32,000 nucleotides of DNA. It comes from Candidatus Saccharimonadota bacterium (GTDB lineage Bacteria > Patescibacteriota > Saccharimonadia > Saccharimonadales > Saccharimonadaceae). A program made the translations under genes and the position numbers. The notes below the pieces were generated by a model. It worked only from the letters and a program-made list of their open reading frames with translations. It did not search any database and was not told the DNA's origin. The stretch spans positions 360,001 to 392,000 of the forward strand of contig NZ_CP045921.1 of assembly GCF_025273655.1 (NCBI RefSeq), given 5' to 3'. Below, piece after piece: positions 14,603 to 22,720 of the stretch; the first letter of the stretch is position 1; the number at the start of each line of letters is the position of its first letter.

Positions 14603-15783
14603 TCAGCTGCTGAAAGATCTTCGGGGATACGCAGACGTGGACGCATACCTGCTCGCCACGTGTCGATTGCATGACCCATTGGTAGTACATCATGGTGGCC
14701 TACGATATCAGCTGCATCGCGCATAAATGCGCCCAGGGCACCCGTGAAGCGAATTGATCCGCGTTCATAGATAGACCAATTGTGGCCGATTGGGACGACG
14801 ACGCCGAGGTTTTTTGTTTTGTGTTTAACGGGTTTGCTGCCCCAGCGCATACGTTGGATATGTCGTGCCACGAAGACACCGTCATGTACAGCTGTTTGAG
14901 CGAGTCCGGACAGTGGCGTATCAGCGTTGTCCCCTATCACGAAGATGTCGGGGCGAGCCTGCATGAACTCGTCGACAACGACTTTGCCGCGAGGGTTAAG
15001 GGTGAAATGCTGTGCGTTTTGCTTGAAAAATGGTGCATTGGCGACACCAGATGTCCAGATGATAGTCTGACTCTGGATTGGCTTACCGCTCACCATGAGG
15101 CTGTCTGCGGTGGCAGACTGCACCATTTTGTTGGTCTCGACTTTGACGCCAAGACTACGAAGACGCCGCAGCGCTGCTTTGGACGCCGCTTTGCTCATAC
15201 GTGGCAATACGCGGGGTGATGCTTCTACGAGGGTGATATGAATCTTCTGCTCGCGGAGGCCGAAGAAGACGCGCAAGCGTTCCAAGTAGGTGCCGAGTGC
15301 ACCGGCGAGCTCGACACCCGTAGGCCCTCCGCCAACAATCACATAGTTTTTGTCGATCACACCTTCGTCGCCCATCTGGCGAAACAGGTGTTTCTGCAAT
15401 GTGCGAATTTCTGTTTCGGATTTGATGCCGTAGGCATAGTGATCCAGGCCTTCGATACCGAAGTATGTTGTGACACTCCCGAGAGCCAAAATGAGCTTGG
15501 TGTAGTGGTATGAGAGTTTAGTGCCTTTCAGTGTCTTCTTTGCTGGGTCTATACTTGTGATCGTGTCATATTTGAGACGAACGTTTGGATAGTTCCGGAA
15601 TATGAATTCGAGCCCTACCCATGATTCTTTGTGGTCATGCCCGGTCGCCGTGCTATAGAGCGACGGATAGTAGACGAAATTGTGGTTCGCACTGATAAGT
15701 GTAATTCGATTGTCGCTGTCTTTGCCGAGTTCCAGTGCCGCCTTGACGCCACCAAAACCACCACCCACGATTGTTATGTTCAT
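14599..15783 (-). CDS. ndh: Type II NADH dehydrogenase (NDH-2, FAD-dependent pyridine nucleotide-disulfide oxidoreductase)
   Basis: 394 aa. Two dinucleotide-binding motifs (ITIVGGGFGG and YVIVGGGPTGVE) and a GDNA motif near the C-terminal third. Confidence 0.9.
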   Translation of the reverse strand: MNITIVGGGFGGVKAALELGKDSDNRITLISANHNFVYYPSLYSTATGHDHKESWVGLEFIFRNYPNVRLKYDTITSIDPAKKTLKGTKLSYHYTKLILALGSVTTYFGIEGLDHYAYGIKSETEIRTLQKHLFRQMGDEGVIDKNYVIVGGGPTGVELAGALGTYLERLRVFFGLREQKIHITLVEASPRVLPRMSKAASKAALRRLRSLGVKVETNKMVQSATADSLMVSGKPIQSQTIIWTSGVANAPFFKQNAQHFTLNPRGKVVVDEFMQARPDIFVIGDNADTPLSGLAQTAVHDGVFVARHIQRMRWGSKPVKHKTKNLGVVVPIGHNWSIYERGSIRFTGALGAFMRDAADIVGHHDVLPMGHAIDTWRAGMRPRLRIPEDLSAAD

Positions 15784-15859
15784 TGTCTCTTGCCTTTTTT
15801 ATGTTTTGGTACAACTTTGGTTGCTTACATTGTAGCACTAAGCACAAGTGGGATGCAAG

Positions 15860-15904
15860 GTGTTCATAGAAAAGGAACAAGCTCCGGATTTCTCCGGAGC
15901 TTGT
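15860..15904 (-). terminator. Rho-independent terminator downstream of the M23 peptidase gene
   Basis: Perfect 12-bp stem ACAAGCTCCGGA(15877-15888)/TCCGGAGCTTGT(15893-15904) with a 4-nt loop. On the minus strand it is followed by TCCTTTTCT. Confidence 0.65.
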
Positions 15905-15925
15905 CCACATGTAGAGAAGTTGGAA

Positions 15926-16948
15926 CTAGCCCGCGAATACCAGGTTACCTTGGCTGTCGCGGATGAACGCTGTCTTGGAGTCAGCTGGCCCCGCGTAGGG
16001 CTTGCCTCCCTTCACGTTGTTCGTGTAGGGGTTGGCATACGTGTGATCCGGCAGGATACCGAGGTCACTAGCAGCGTACAGATCGAACGTGTCCAATCTG
16101 TTCTGCTGGCCTTGCTTGCCATCTGCACCACGTCCGGCGTACAGGTTGAAGTGCAGCTGCGTCGCCCAGGTGGGAGACACCACCTTGTAGGCTCCCTGGG
16201 GATCCCATGGTGGGGTCACCAGGCGATTGCGCGGCAGCACTGTCCGGAGCACCGGGTTCCAGTTGTCGTACCAGTTGGCGCCGATGCCGGTGTCGCCCAT
16301 GTAGCCAATCACCTGACCCTGGCGGACACGCTTGCCCACCCTGATCAACTCACTCTGGGGTCGCAAGATCCCATCTGGAGAATAGTTGGTGATCGTCTGA
16401 TTGCCGACGGTCACTGTTCCGCTGGGGGTGGATGTGACGTACGGGATACCGGCTGCCACACGGTCCAGGTGGATATACTGCGTCACCCAGTGCGGGTTAC
16501 CGGGCACTCCTGTGGCGAGTTTGTCGTGCACCACCTCGACGAACAAGCCCGCACCTTCGTCGATGTAGTTGATCTGCCGACCGGTGATCGGGTCTTTGTA
16601 GTTCACCAGCTCGATGAGCCTTTGGTACGTGTAGTACGCCCAGCCATCTGCCGCCGCCACAATTGGGGCACCGTATGGATAACCCTCGAAATCGATTGCA
16701 GCATGGACACCAGGCCCGATGACTGTCTCCTCAGTTGCCTCCTCATTCCACCCTTGAGTGACTGTGAGGCGCTGTCCAAACGCACGTTTGAACGGCAACT
16801 TCAGAAACGGTTGATCGACGGGCACGATGCCTGCCGGCCTTGGAGGGTTCCAGGTATCAGCAGAGGCCGTACCCGGCGTCATGACCCCGAGCACCGCCAT
16901 CGCCAAAACTGCCAGAAATACGATACTGCTTTTTGCAGTATTTCTCAT
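15926..16948 (-). CDS. Secreted M23-family metallopeptidase (peptidoglycan endopeptidase-like)
   Basis: Signal peptide MRNTAKSSIVFLAVLAMAVLGVMTPGTASA. HAAID (HxxxD), YIHLD, GYMGDTG and a C-terminal LHF motif are laid out as in M23 peptidases. Confidence 0.85.
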   Translation of the reverse strand: MRNTAKSSIVFLAVLAMAVLGVMTPGTASADTWNPPRPAGIVPVDQPFLKLPFKRAFGQRLTVTQGWNEEATEETVIGPGVHAAIDFEGYPYGAPIVAAADGWAYYTYQRLIELVNYKDPITGRQINYIDEGAGLFVEVVHDKLATGVPGNPHWVTQYIHLDRVAAGIPYVTSTPSGTVTVGNQTITNYSPDGILRPQSELIRVGKRVRQGQVIGYMGDTGIGANWYDNWNPVLRTVLPRNRLVTPPWDPQGAYKVVSPTWATQLHFNLYAGRGADGKQGQQNRLDTFDLYAASDLGILPDHTYANPYTNNVKGGKPYAGPADSKTAFIRDSQGNLVFAG

Positions 16949-17135
16949 TGTCCGTCCCTTCTACTCGTGGACAGTTATATATTATAACATCTTTTGTCAA
17001 AACTAATATTTAATACATATTGAAATACAAGGCTTGTGCTAAACTCCGGTATAGAGCTTGGCGTACTTTTCTAGTGTGTTGGGTCTAGCGGAAGTATGAT
17101 TGGCTTCATAGTAAGGCCACTTCAAACAGCATATC

Positions 17136-18008
17136 TTATGGTAGTAGTGGTCCAATGCTCAGCATAACGCATAGCAGAAGGATGTGATACATCGCCAGAC
17201 GGAACATGCGCTTCCGGGCCCATTCTTCTGGCTTTTTTGCAGAGAAACCTTGGTAGCCGACGTATATCCAATAGAGCCCAGCGATGAGCATGATGACGAA
17301 ATAGATCCAGCCAGTGTAGCCAAGCGGTGTGAGCGCTACGGTACAGAGTACATAGAGGATGGTGTTGATGAAGATCCAGCGAATGGTAGCCGGGACTCCG
17401 CGTACGACAGAGATGACTGGTACACCAGCGGCTTTGTATTCTTTGCGGCGGTAGATGGAGATGGAATAGAACTCCGGGAACTGCCAAAAGAAGAGGATGA
17501 GAAATACCATGATAAGGCCGATGTCGATAGACCCAGATACAGCCGCGTAGCCGCCCGCTATCGGCATGGCGCCAGAGATACTACCCATAGTGGTGCCATG
17601 GAGCGAGAGACGCTTGGACCAGGCGCCGTACAGCCACACGTAGGTGACGAACCCGATGAGGCCGATAGCGACGACAAGCCAGTTGGTCCAAAGTGCGAGC
17701 ACGGCAGTGCCGAGCACGAGGAGCACGATACTATAGGTTACCATGGCCGGACCACTCACCTCTCCGGTGACGCTCGGGCGCTTTTTTGTCCGGGCCATGA
17801 TCTGGTCGATGTCTTGGTCGAGGTAGTTATTCAACACGCAAGCTGCCGAGACGACAAATGTCATGCCGAGTGTAGTAGCGATGAAACCAACCCAGCTGAA
17901 CTGGTGGAAGTGCCCGGCTGCGAAGAGGTATCCAGCAACACCCGTGAGGACATTCCCGTACATCACGCCAGGCTTAACGAGTTGGTAGTACGCCTTGATC
18001 TTTGACAC
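17136..18008 (-). CDS. cyoE: Heme O synthase (protoheme IX farnesyltransferase)
   Basis: 290-aa polytopic UbiA-family protein. N-terminus YYQLVKPGVMYGNVLT, NNYLDQDID and Asp-rich motifs. Last gene of the cyo cluster. Confidence 0.93.
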   Translation of the reverse strand: MSKIKAYYQLVKPGVMYGNVLTGVAGYLFAAGHFHQFSWVGFIATTLGMTFVVSAACVLNNYLDQDIDQIMARTKKRPSVTGEVSGPAMVTYSIVLLVLGTAVLALWTNWLVVAIGLIGFVTYVWLYGAWSKRLSLHGTTMGSISGAMPIAGGYAAVSGSIDIGLIMVFLILFFWQFPEFYSISIYRRKEYKAAGVPVISVVRGVPATIRWIFINTILYVLCTVALTPLGYTGWIYFVIMLIAGLYWIYVGYQGFSAKKPEEWARKRMFRLAMYHILLLCVMLSIGPLLP

Positions 18009-18014
18009 TACGCG

Positions 18015-18380
18015 CTAAAAACCTTTTTCGTTCTGTTTGAGCATGTACTTTTCCATGGCGTCGCCGCTCATGCCCATGCGGTAGTTGAGGTTGTACATCA
18101 CCCACAGTGAACCGCACACGACGACGAGCATCATGACAAGCGCATAGACAAAAGTCCAGTTGCGCCAGCGAGGCTTGGCTTCACCGCGGAGGTGCAGGAA
18201 ATAGTAGACCTGTACGACGAACTGGACGACGGCGAGCAGCAGTACAAACGCTGCTGTCGTGGTGGCATCGTACCAGTGAAATTTGACTGACAAATACGCC
18301 AGTACTGTAAGCACCGCTGCGCCCGCAAAGCCAATGATGTATTGCTGCGTTTCATATCGACGTACAGATGCCTTACTCAT
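18015..18380 (-). CDS. cyoD: Quinol oxidase subunit IV
   Basis: 121 aa with three hydrophobic helices. Position and size match CyoD/QoxD. Overlaps the cyoC stop by 4 nt. Confidence 0.85.
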   Translation of the reverse strand: MSKASVRRYETQQYIIGFAGAAVLTVLAYLSVKFHWYDATTTAAFVLLLAVVQFVVQVYYFLHLRGEAKPRWRNWTFVYALVMMLVVVCGSLWVMYNLNYRMGMSGDAMEKYMLKQNEKGF

Positions 18381-18964
18381 GATATAGCTCCTAATAAATA
18401 CACGATAGTGAAGATGAAGATCCAGACGAGATCGAGGAAGTGCCAGAAGACGGCGAAAAGACCAAATTTGCGAGCTGCATCTGGAGTGACGCCGCGCTTC
18501 GAGATGTAATCTCCCAGCGCGATTGCCCAGATAATACCGATGAGGATGTGCAGTCCATGCGTGCCGACGAGCGTGAAGAATGCCGACAGGAAGGCGCTAT
18601 GTGCGGGGCCGTGCCCTGCTCGGATGAGTTCGCCAAATTCGTACAGCTCCATAGTGACGAAGCCGATGCCAAGGGTGATGGTGGTACCGAGTAGAATGAG
18701 TGCGTTTCGCTTCTCCCCTGCTTTGATTGCCAAGTACGCCAAGCCACACGTGAAGCTGCTGATGAGGAGTAGGAATGTCTCGACCATGACGAATTCAAGA
18801 TTGAAGATGTCTTGACTGGCGGGTCCACCATTGGTGCCGTGACGGAGTATCACATAGGTAGCAAACAGACTGGCGAAGACCATGATGTCCGTCATGAGGT
18901 AGAGCCAGAAGCCGAGCGAGGCTTTCTCTGCTTTTTCCTTCAGATGTGCTGCGTGCGATGTCAT
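18377..18964 (-). CDS. cyoC: Quinol oxidase subunit III
   Basis: 195 aa. FWHFLDLVWIFIFTIVYL and a five-helix layout are typical of heme-copper oxidase subunit III. Confidence 0.92.
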   Translation of the reverse strand: MTSHAAHLKEKAEKASLGFWLYLMTDIMVFASLFATYVILRHGTNGGPASQDIFNLEFVMVETFLLLISSFTCGLAYLAIKAGEKRNALILLGTTITLGIGFVTMELYEFGELIRAGHGPAHSAFLSAFFTLVGTHGLHILIGIIWAIALGDYISKRGVTPDAARKFGLFAVFWHFLDLVWIFIFTIVYLLGAIS

Positions 18965-20928
18965 GCCCGCGCCTCCTTGTCGAGTCTATAGAGTTCGTCT
19001 GCCGTGAGTATGTACTCGGTGTCGTCATTGAGCGTGCGGCGGATGATAAGTGTTACGACGGCTATGAGTGCGACCACCAAAATCCACCAGACATGCCAGA
19101 TAAACGCGAAGCCGACCATACCGGCTGCGACAGCGATGTAGACGCCTTCGGCAGTGTTTTTGGGTAGTTCGATGTCTTCGTAGTCTTCGCGCTTCGGCTT
19201 TTTGATGCCGTCTTTCTTTGCATACCACCATTCGTCGCGGCGCGTTACTTTTGGTGCGATAGCGAAATTATAAAACGGTGCCGGTGACGGGATCGACCAT
19301 TCGAGCGTACGACCGTCCCATGGATCGCCCGTAGTGTCGGCCAGCTCTTTGCGTTTCCAGACGCTATACACCATGCCGAGGATCATGAGTACGGCGCCGA
19401 GACCGATCACACAGACGCCGACGGCCGAGACGACGAAGAGCGGCACCCAAGACGGATCATCGTAGGTATTGATGCGCCGCACGGCGCCCATGAGACCTAG
19501 GATATAGAGCGGAATAAATGCCAATACGAAGCCTACTTGCCAGCAGTATGCTGAGAGCTTGCCAAACTTGTCGTGGAGTTTGAATCCGAAAATCTTTGGC
19601 CACCAATAGTATATGCCTGCGAAGTAACCAAACAACACGCCACCGATAATGACATTGTGGAAATGCGCCACGAGGAACATCGTGTTGTGTACCTGGAAAT
19701 CGAGCGCTGGTACCGCCATCATGACACCACTGGCGCCGCCGATCGTGAATGTGACCGCAAAGCACATAAACCAGACCATCGGCGCGGTGAAACGGATGCG
19801 GCCTTTGTACATGGTGAAGATCCAGTTGAACAGTTTAACCCCCGTCGGGATGGCGATGATCATGGTCATAATGCCAAAGAATGCGTTGACGTTTGCACCC
19901 GCCCCCATGGTAAAGAAGTGGTGTTGCCAGACGACAAAGCTGAGGAACATGATAGCGATGAGCGCGGCCACCATGGTGGTGTAGCCAAACAGGCGTTTGC
20001 GTGCAAACGTGGCTACGACTTCCGAGAAGATACCAAATGCCGGCAGTATGAGAATATAGACCTCTGGGTGCCCCCACGCCCATATGAGATTGATATACAT
20101 CATGGGGTTGCCACCCGCTTCGGAAGTAAAGAAGTGCATACCTGCTACCCTATCGAGCGCGAGCATACCGAGCGTGGCGGTAAGCACTGGAAACGCCAAC
20201 ATGACAAGCACCATCGACACAAGTACGCTCCAGGCGAATACGGGCATCTTCATGAGCGTCATGCCAGGCGCACGGTGTTTGAGGATGGTAACGGTGAAAT
20301 TGATACCAGAAAGCAAGCTGCCTATACCAGATATCTGCAGCGCCCATATCCAATAATCCACTCCCGGTCCAGGGTTGTATTCTATACCAGTCAGTGGTGG
20401 ATATCCAAGCCAGCCGCCATTGCTGAAGCCACCAAAGACGAGTGACGCGTTGATGATGACCATGCCGGTAAAGAAGAGCCAGAAACTCACCGAGTTCATA
20501 AACGGAAATGCCACGTCACGCGTGCCGAGTAGCATCGGCAGTGCGATATTGATAAGACCAAACATAGCGCCCATGCCGACGAAAAAGATCATGATACTAC
20601 CGTGTGCAGTGAAGACTTCTTGGAATGTCTGAGTATTGAATAGCTCCACACCCGTCTGCGCGAGTGCCGTCTGTGCGCGCAGCATGAGTGCATCGGCGCC
20701 ACCGCGCAGTAGCATGAGAATAGCAATACCCATGTACATGACACCAATCTTCTTGGCGTCGAGGGTGGTGATCCATTCACGCCAGATATACCCCCAAAGT
20801 TTGAAGTAAGTGATGGCGGCGAGCACGCCGATGATAGCTAGTGGCATGCCGATAGCAGCGCCCATGGTGACAGGATCGTGCGGGAGGTATTCTGCCGAGA
20901 GTCGACCGATTAGCCATGACGGATCCAT
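18961..20928 (-). CDS. cyoB: Quinol oxidase subunit I (heme-copper oxidase catalytic subunit)
   Basis: 655 aa. WAWGHPEVYILILPAFGIFSEV and HHFFTMG..FLVAHFHNVIIGG are signature His ligand regions. Confidence 0.97.
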   Translation of the reverse strand: MDPSWLIGRLSAEYLPHDPVTMGAAIGMPLAIIGVLAAITYFKLWGYIWREWITTLDAKKIGVMYMGIAILMLLRGGADALMLRAQTALAQTGVELFNTQTFQEVFTAHGSIMIFFVGMGAMFGLINIALPMLLGTRDVAFPFMNSVSFWLFFTGMVIINASLVFGGFSNGGWLGYPPLTGIEYNPGPGVDYWIWALQISGIGSLLSGINFTVTILKHRAPGMTLMKMPVFAWSVLVSMVLVMLAFPVLTATLGMLALDRVAGMHFFTSEAGGNPMMYINLIWAWGHPEVYILILPAFGIFSEVVATFARKRLFGYTTMVAALIAIMFLSFVVWQHHFFTMGAGANVNAFFGIMTMIIAIPTGVKLFNWIFTMYKGRIRFTAPMVWFMCFAVTFTIGGASGVMMAVPALDFQVHNTMFLVAHFHNVIIGGVLFGYFAGIYYWWPKIFGFKLHDKFGKLSAYCWQVGFVLAFIPLYILGLMGAVRRINTYDDPSWVPLFVVSAVGVCVIGLGAVLMILGMVYSVWKRKELADTTGDPWDGRTLEWSIPSPAPFYNFAIAPKVTRRDEWWYAKKDGIKKPKREDYEDIELPKNTAEGVYIAVAAGMVGFAFIWHVWWILVVALIAVVTLIIRRTLNDDTEYILTADELYRLDKEARA

Positions 20929-20929
20929 G

Positions 20930-21868
20930 CTACATGGCCTCCATCTGGCTATGATCCATGGTGCTCATGTCGTGTGAGTCAGAAGTCGCTGCGCTCGATT
21001 GGCCGTGTCCCATGTATTTCATAACTATCGTATTATACAGATTTTTGTCCATCAGGTGGTAGGTTTGCGGCTCAGATATCACACTTGGTTTGGCGAGCAT
21101 CTTGTAGGTCGATTCGTCGATCATGTCGCCTGCTTTCATGGCCTTCTCTGGTGCGGTGAGGGTCCAGCTGGTGAAGTCTACTTCTGGCATGACTTTGGCA
21201 GTAAACGTCATCTTGGCGTAGCCTTCGCCATTGATGTTGGTGTTATAGCCTTTGTACTCACCTGTCTTGTTCGCGATAAGGTTGAGCTGCGAGTCCATAC
21301 CGTTCATGGAGTAAATCTGCGAACCAAGCGCCGGAATCCAGAAGGCACTCATAGGTGCGTCGGCAGCAAGGCTGAAATGAACCGGCCTATCGACAGGAAG
21401 CGGCAATTCGTTGACAGTCGCAACTTCGTATTCGGGATACAGGAACAGCCATTTCCACTGCAGGGCGACTACCTGCACTTCGAGCGGCTTCTTGTCGCTG
21501 GCGATAGGTTTGTAGGGGTCGAGTGAGTGACTCGTCTGCCAGGTGACGACACTCAGTATACCGATGATGACGATAGGAATTCCCCACCACAGTGCTTCGA
21601 GTTTGGCGCTGCCATCCCATTCTGGTTTGTAGTCGGCTTTGCCCCCTTCGCGGTAGCGCAGCGCAAAAACAGTGAGTATCACGAAGACCGGGATGATGAC
21701 GACCAGGCTTAGGATGACGGTAAAGATGAGGAGTTTGCGCTGGCTGTCGGCTACTTGTCCGCTCGGCATGAGTACGGGTATATCGACGCCGCGTAGCAGT
21801 ACCCACATCAGGACGACGAAGGCGCTGACGCCGAGTGGGATGATACTGGCTTTCAAGAAACGTTTCAT
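20930..21868 (-). CDS. cyoA: Quinol oxidase subunit II (no CuA ligands)
   Basis: I start at ATG 21868 (MKRFLKASIIPLG..), because the ORF-track extension to 22075 overlaps yaaA. Two TM helices plus a cupredoxin-like domain. The region aligned to the CuA site (GYNTNINGEGYAKM) has no Cys, as in quinol oxidases. Confidence 0.9.
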   Translation of the reverse strand: MKRFLKASIIPLGVSAFVVLMWVLLRGVDIPVLMPSGQVADSQRKLLIFTVILSLVVIIPVFVILTVFALRYREGGKADYKPEWDGSAKLEALWWGIPIVIIGILSVVTWQTSHSLDPYKPIASDKKPLEVQVVALQWKWLFLYPEYEVATVNELPLPVDRPVHFSLAADAPMSAFWIPALGSQIYSMNGMDSQLNLIANKTGEYKGYNTNINGEGYAKMTFTAKVMPEVDFTSWTLTAPEKAMKAGDMIDESTYKMLAKPSVISEPQTYHLMDKNLYNTIVMKYMGHGQSSAATSDSHDMSTMDHSQMEAM

Positions 21869-21933
21869 GTTGCTTCTATGATAGCGCTTATGGCAGCAAC
21901 TTCGCAAGCGTATCCGTGTATACTTGAAGGAAC

Positions 21934-22719
21934 ATGCTACAGATTTTACTTCATTCGTCCAAGACGATGCGTTCTGCGCCACCTGCGCCGCTACCATATC
22001 AGGCACCTCGATTACTCCATGAGACTCTGGGATTGGCTGGATATTTGGCGTCGCTGAATACCGACGAAATTGCAAAGGCTATGAAACTTTCACCCAAAAA
22101 AGCTGCTGATACTCACGAGCTGCTGGCGACATGGTCGTCTGACCCGGGAGTGACTCGCCCGGCGGTCGATGCGTTTATTGGTGATATCTATAGTGGCCTG
22201 CAAGTTGCGTCACTATCGGATGCGGATCGCATGTATGCGAATGAGCATCTCCTGATACTGTCTGGCCTCTACGGGGGCTTAAGGGCCCTAGACAGTGTGA
22301 CACCGTATCGACTCGAGATGGGATATCGCCTGCCAAATGAGCGCTATCGGAATCTCTACGAATATTGGGGCGATAGGATTGCTACATTGTTACATCCCCA
22401 AGTGACGGCAATCATAAACTTGTCGGCCGTCGAGTATACAAAAGCACTACTTCCCTACGCGTCCCAGCCTGTCGTGACGCCAAAGTTCTTGACTATTAGC
22501 CCTAAGACTGGTGAGTCGACATTCGTGGTGGTGCACGCCAAAATTGCCCGCGGCGCGTTTGCGCGCTGGATGATCGTAAACCGTGTCGAGGACGTGGCTC
22601 GGCTGCAGGAATTTAGCGATCTGGGATACGTATATGACGATAGGCTTAGTTCATCCGAAGAACCAGTATTTGTCTGCCGGGAATTTGGCGGGCTTGGGCT
22701 GAGTGTACGACTAACGTAG
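21934..22719 (+). CDS. yaaA: YaaA-family peroxide stress protein (UPF0246/DUF328)
   Basis: 261 aa. MLQILLHSSKTM N-terminus, GDIYSGL and LSGLYG..LD.V.PYRLEM motifs are characteristic of YaaA. Confidence 0.9.
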   Translation: MLQILLHSSKTMRSAPPAPLPYQAPRLLHETLGLAGYLASLNTDEIAKAMKLSPKKAADTHELLATWSSDPGVTRPAVDAFIGDIYSGLQVASLSDADRMYANEHLLILSGLYGGLRALDSVTPYRLEMGYRLPNERYRNLYEYWGDRIATLLHPQVTAIINLSAVEYTKALLPYASQPVVTPKFLTISPKTGESTFVVVHAKIARGAFARWMIVNRVEDVARLQEFSDLGYVYDDRLSSSEEPVFVCREFGGLGLSVRLT

Positions 22720-22720
22720 A

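Noticed and set aside
15848-16987. 379-aa plus-strand ORF, the longest plus-strand ORF in this part of the window
   Set aside because: It is an exact antisense shadow of the M23 peptidase gene. The translation is Arg/Val/His-rich with no recognisable motifs and no start context. The minus-strand product has a signal peptide and M23 motifs.
16949-17135. 187-bp gap between cyoE and the M23 gene, and the 13490-13604 gap upstream of the kinase, checked for tRNA or other structured RNA genes
   Set aside because: I could not find tRNA-like conserved boxes (GTTCGAATC-type T-arm), a cloverleaf or a convincing stable structure. The regions look like AT-rich promoter and leader sequence.
17184-18005. 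273-aa plus-strand ORF opposite cyoE; similar shadow ORFs at 19573-20445 (opposite cyoB), 23571-24242 (opposite MMPL), 27305-28108 (opposite thrE-like), 1714-2256 (opposite the acidic protein) and 10589-11047 (opposite the response regulator tail)
   Set aside because: All lie fully inside confidently assigned genes on the other strand. They have skewed compositions (Asp/His/Arg- or Ser/Ala-rich) typical of antisense frames and lack RBS or promoter signals.
21869-22075. N-terminal extension of cyoA to 22075 given in the ORF track
   Set aside because: It overlaps the start of the well-supported divergent yaaA gene and encodes non-membrane, Cys/Arg-rich sequence. ATG 21868 gives a normal subunit II N-terminus (MKRFLKASIIPLG..).
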